Part shown: piece by piece, positions 63,001 through 64,000 of the stretch
Position numbering within the stretch: the first letter of the stretch is position 1
How the letters are laid out: each line of letters begins with the position of its first letter
DNA from: Vicugna vicugna
Taxonomy: Eukaryota
Length of the DNA: 64,000 nucleotides
Direction: 5' to 3'
NCBI GenBank assembly: GCA_013265495.1
Contig: MU058645.1
Location: 1,158,995 to 1,222,994 of the forward strand
Position numbers and translations under genes: made by a program
Notes under the pieces: generated by a model
Databases searched by the model: none
What the model was told of the DNA's origin: nothing
The model's input: only the letters and a program-made list of their open reading frames with translations

Positions 63001-63904
63001 TATGAACAGCTATAAAAAACATATGTATTCTTCCAGTTTTCTGGACTTTATTTGAATGTAAGCTTTTTGGGTTCAGGCTCTGTGTCCTTTAAGAGCTTCT
63101 TATTTTATTTACATACATGAGTTTGGTAAAATATTATTTGGATAACTTTTCCCATGTATGTGTAGCTTGGTAAAGTGGTGTTCAAACATACGTGTCCACT
63201 AAAAACAGTGTTCGTTTCTTCAGTTTGTCTTCACGTGGGTAACAGCTGCAAGGCCCCCCAGCCCACAGCAGGAGCCCCTCACTCACGTTTTCTTGGAGGT
63301 TTGTCCTCCACAACGTGGCTTCTGTCTCACTGCCTCGTCCAAAGTCTAAACCGCCTCCCCGGACATTTACCCAGCTGGGTTTGAACCAACTGCGCAAACA
63401 GAGATGCATAAAGCCCCCCGTGAGAGCTTTTGCTGCAGAGTATAGAATACAGCCCGGTCTGTGAGCTCTGTAACACCATCAAAAAAAGCTCTCGTTTCCA
63501 GAGCTCACTTTGTGCTTGGAAAAACCAGCCCCCACCCCAAAAGCCTGCTCTGCTCAGATGTAAGCCTTAAAAAAAAAATTGTCACAGTATTTCCTTTTCT
63601 CTCTCGATGATCAGCCTGTCGCCACGTCCTCAAGCCCTACCCATCCTCAACACACGTCTGTCTCTCCGTAGTTTACCGGAGGACGGTCCTCGGAATCCAG
63701 CGCCTTTGGACTGTATGTTAGCATTGTTGCTGCAGCGCCTCGCTAATGCCTTCTCTTTCTTTCTGAGTGTTTGGATGAAAAAGCAATGGTGTCTGTCAGT
63801 TTTCTGTGGTCTGAGCTGAGGGTGCGGGTCTGGGTTGGGCGAGGGGAGAAGGGGTAAGGCATCTCCAGCCTTCACTGAGGCCGCCGAGGGGCCCTGGTGC
63901 CCTG

Positions 63905-64000
63905 GTTTGTGTGAGAGTGTGCGTGTGTGTAGGGGGGGAGGTGGTATGTGTGTTAATGGTGTGTATGTGCTTGTGTGTCCACAATTTTGAGTGTGTGAGT
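63905..64000. repeat. Degenerate (TG)n-rich simple repeat, continues past window end
   Basis: gtttgtgtgagagtgtgcgtgtgtgt...gtgtatgtgcttgtgtgt...gagtgtgtgagt. Confidence 0.7.

Noticed and set aside
23400..64000. Short ORFs (60-189 aa) in the upstream region, including 47311-47880; possible PACRG exons or processed pseudogenes
   Set aside because: No recognisable homology or exon structure, and many overlap repeats. No PACRG-like peptide was seen.

Overview
Mammalian genomic DNA, not prokaryotic. It is probably camelid: it carries two vic-1-type tRNA-derived SINEs, a Tigger2a_Art-like MITE and artiodactyl-type L1 3' ends, and I recognised no Alu, BovB/Bov-tA or PRE-1. The only protein-coding sequence I can support is coding exon 1 of QKI (Quaking, a STAR-family KH RNA-binding protein) on the minus strand at 21026-21167. 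It lies in a large CpG island (~20.3-22.8 kb) interrupted by a 254-bp assembly gap. Bases 1-21025 are AT-rich QKI intron 1, and I see no exon 2 in the window. Bases ~22.8-64 kb are upstream intergenic DNA with many old repeats (MIR, L2, L1M, MLT1, hAT-Charlie) and several motif-dense candidate enhancers. The other ORFs in the track look spurious. No new system can be proven from sequence alone. The best leads are (i) a candidate PTC-containing poison exon in intron 1 (6476/6500-6592) followed by a canonical Quaking response element, which suggests autoregulation, (ii) a second splice-signal cluster with recursive-splice or microexon architecture at 15.4-15.6 kb, and (iii) a QRE-plus-hairpin element on the divergent strand at 26.0 kb. 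Repeat family names were assigned by eye from remembered consensus sequences, and their boundaries are approximate.
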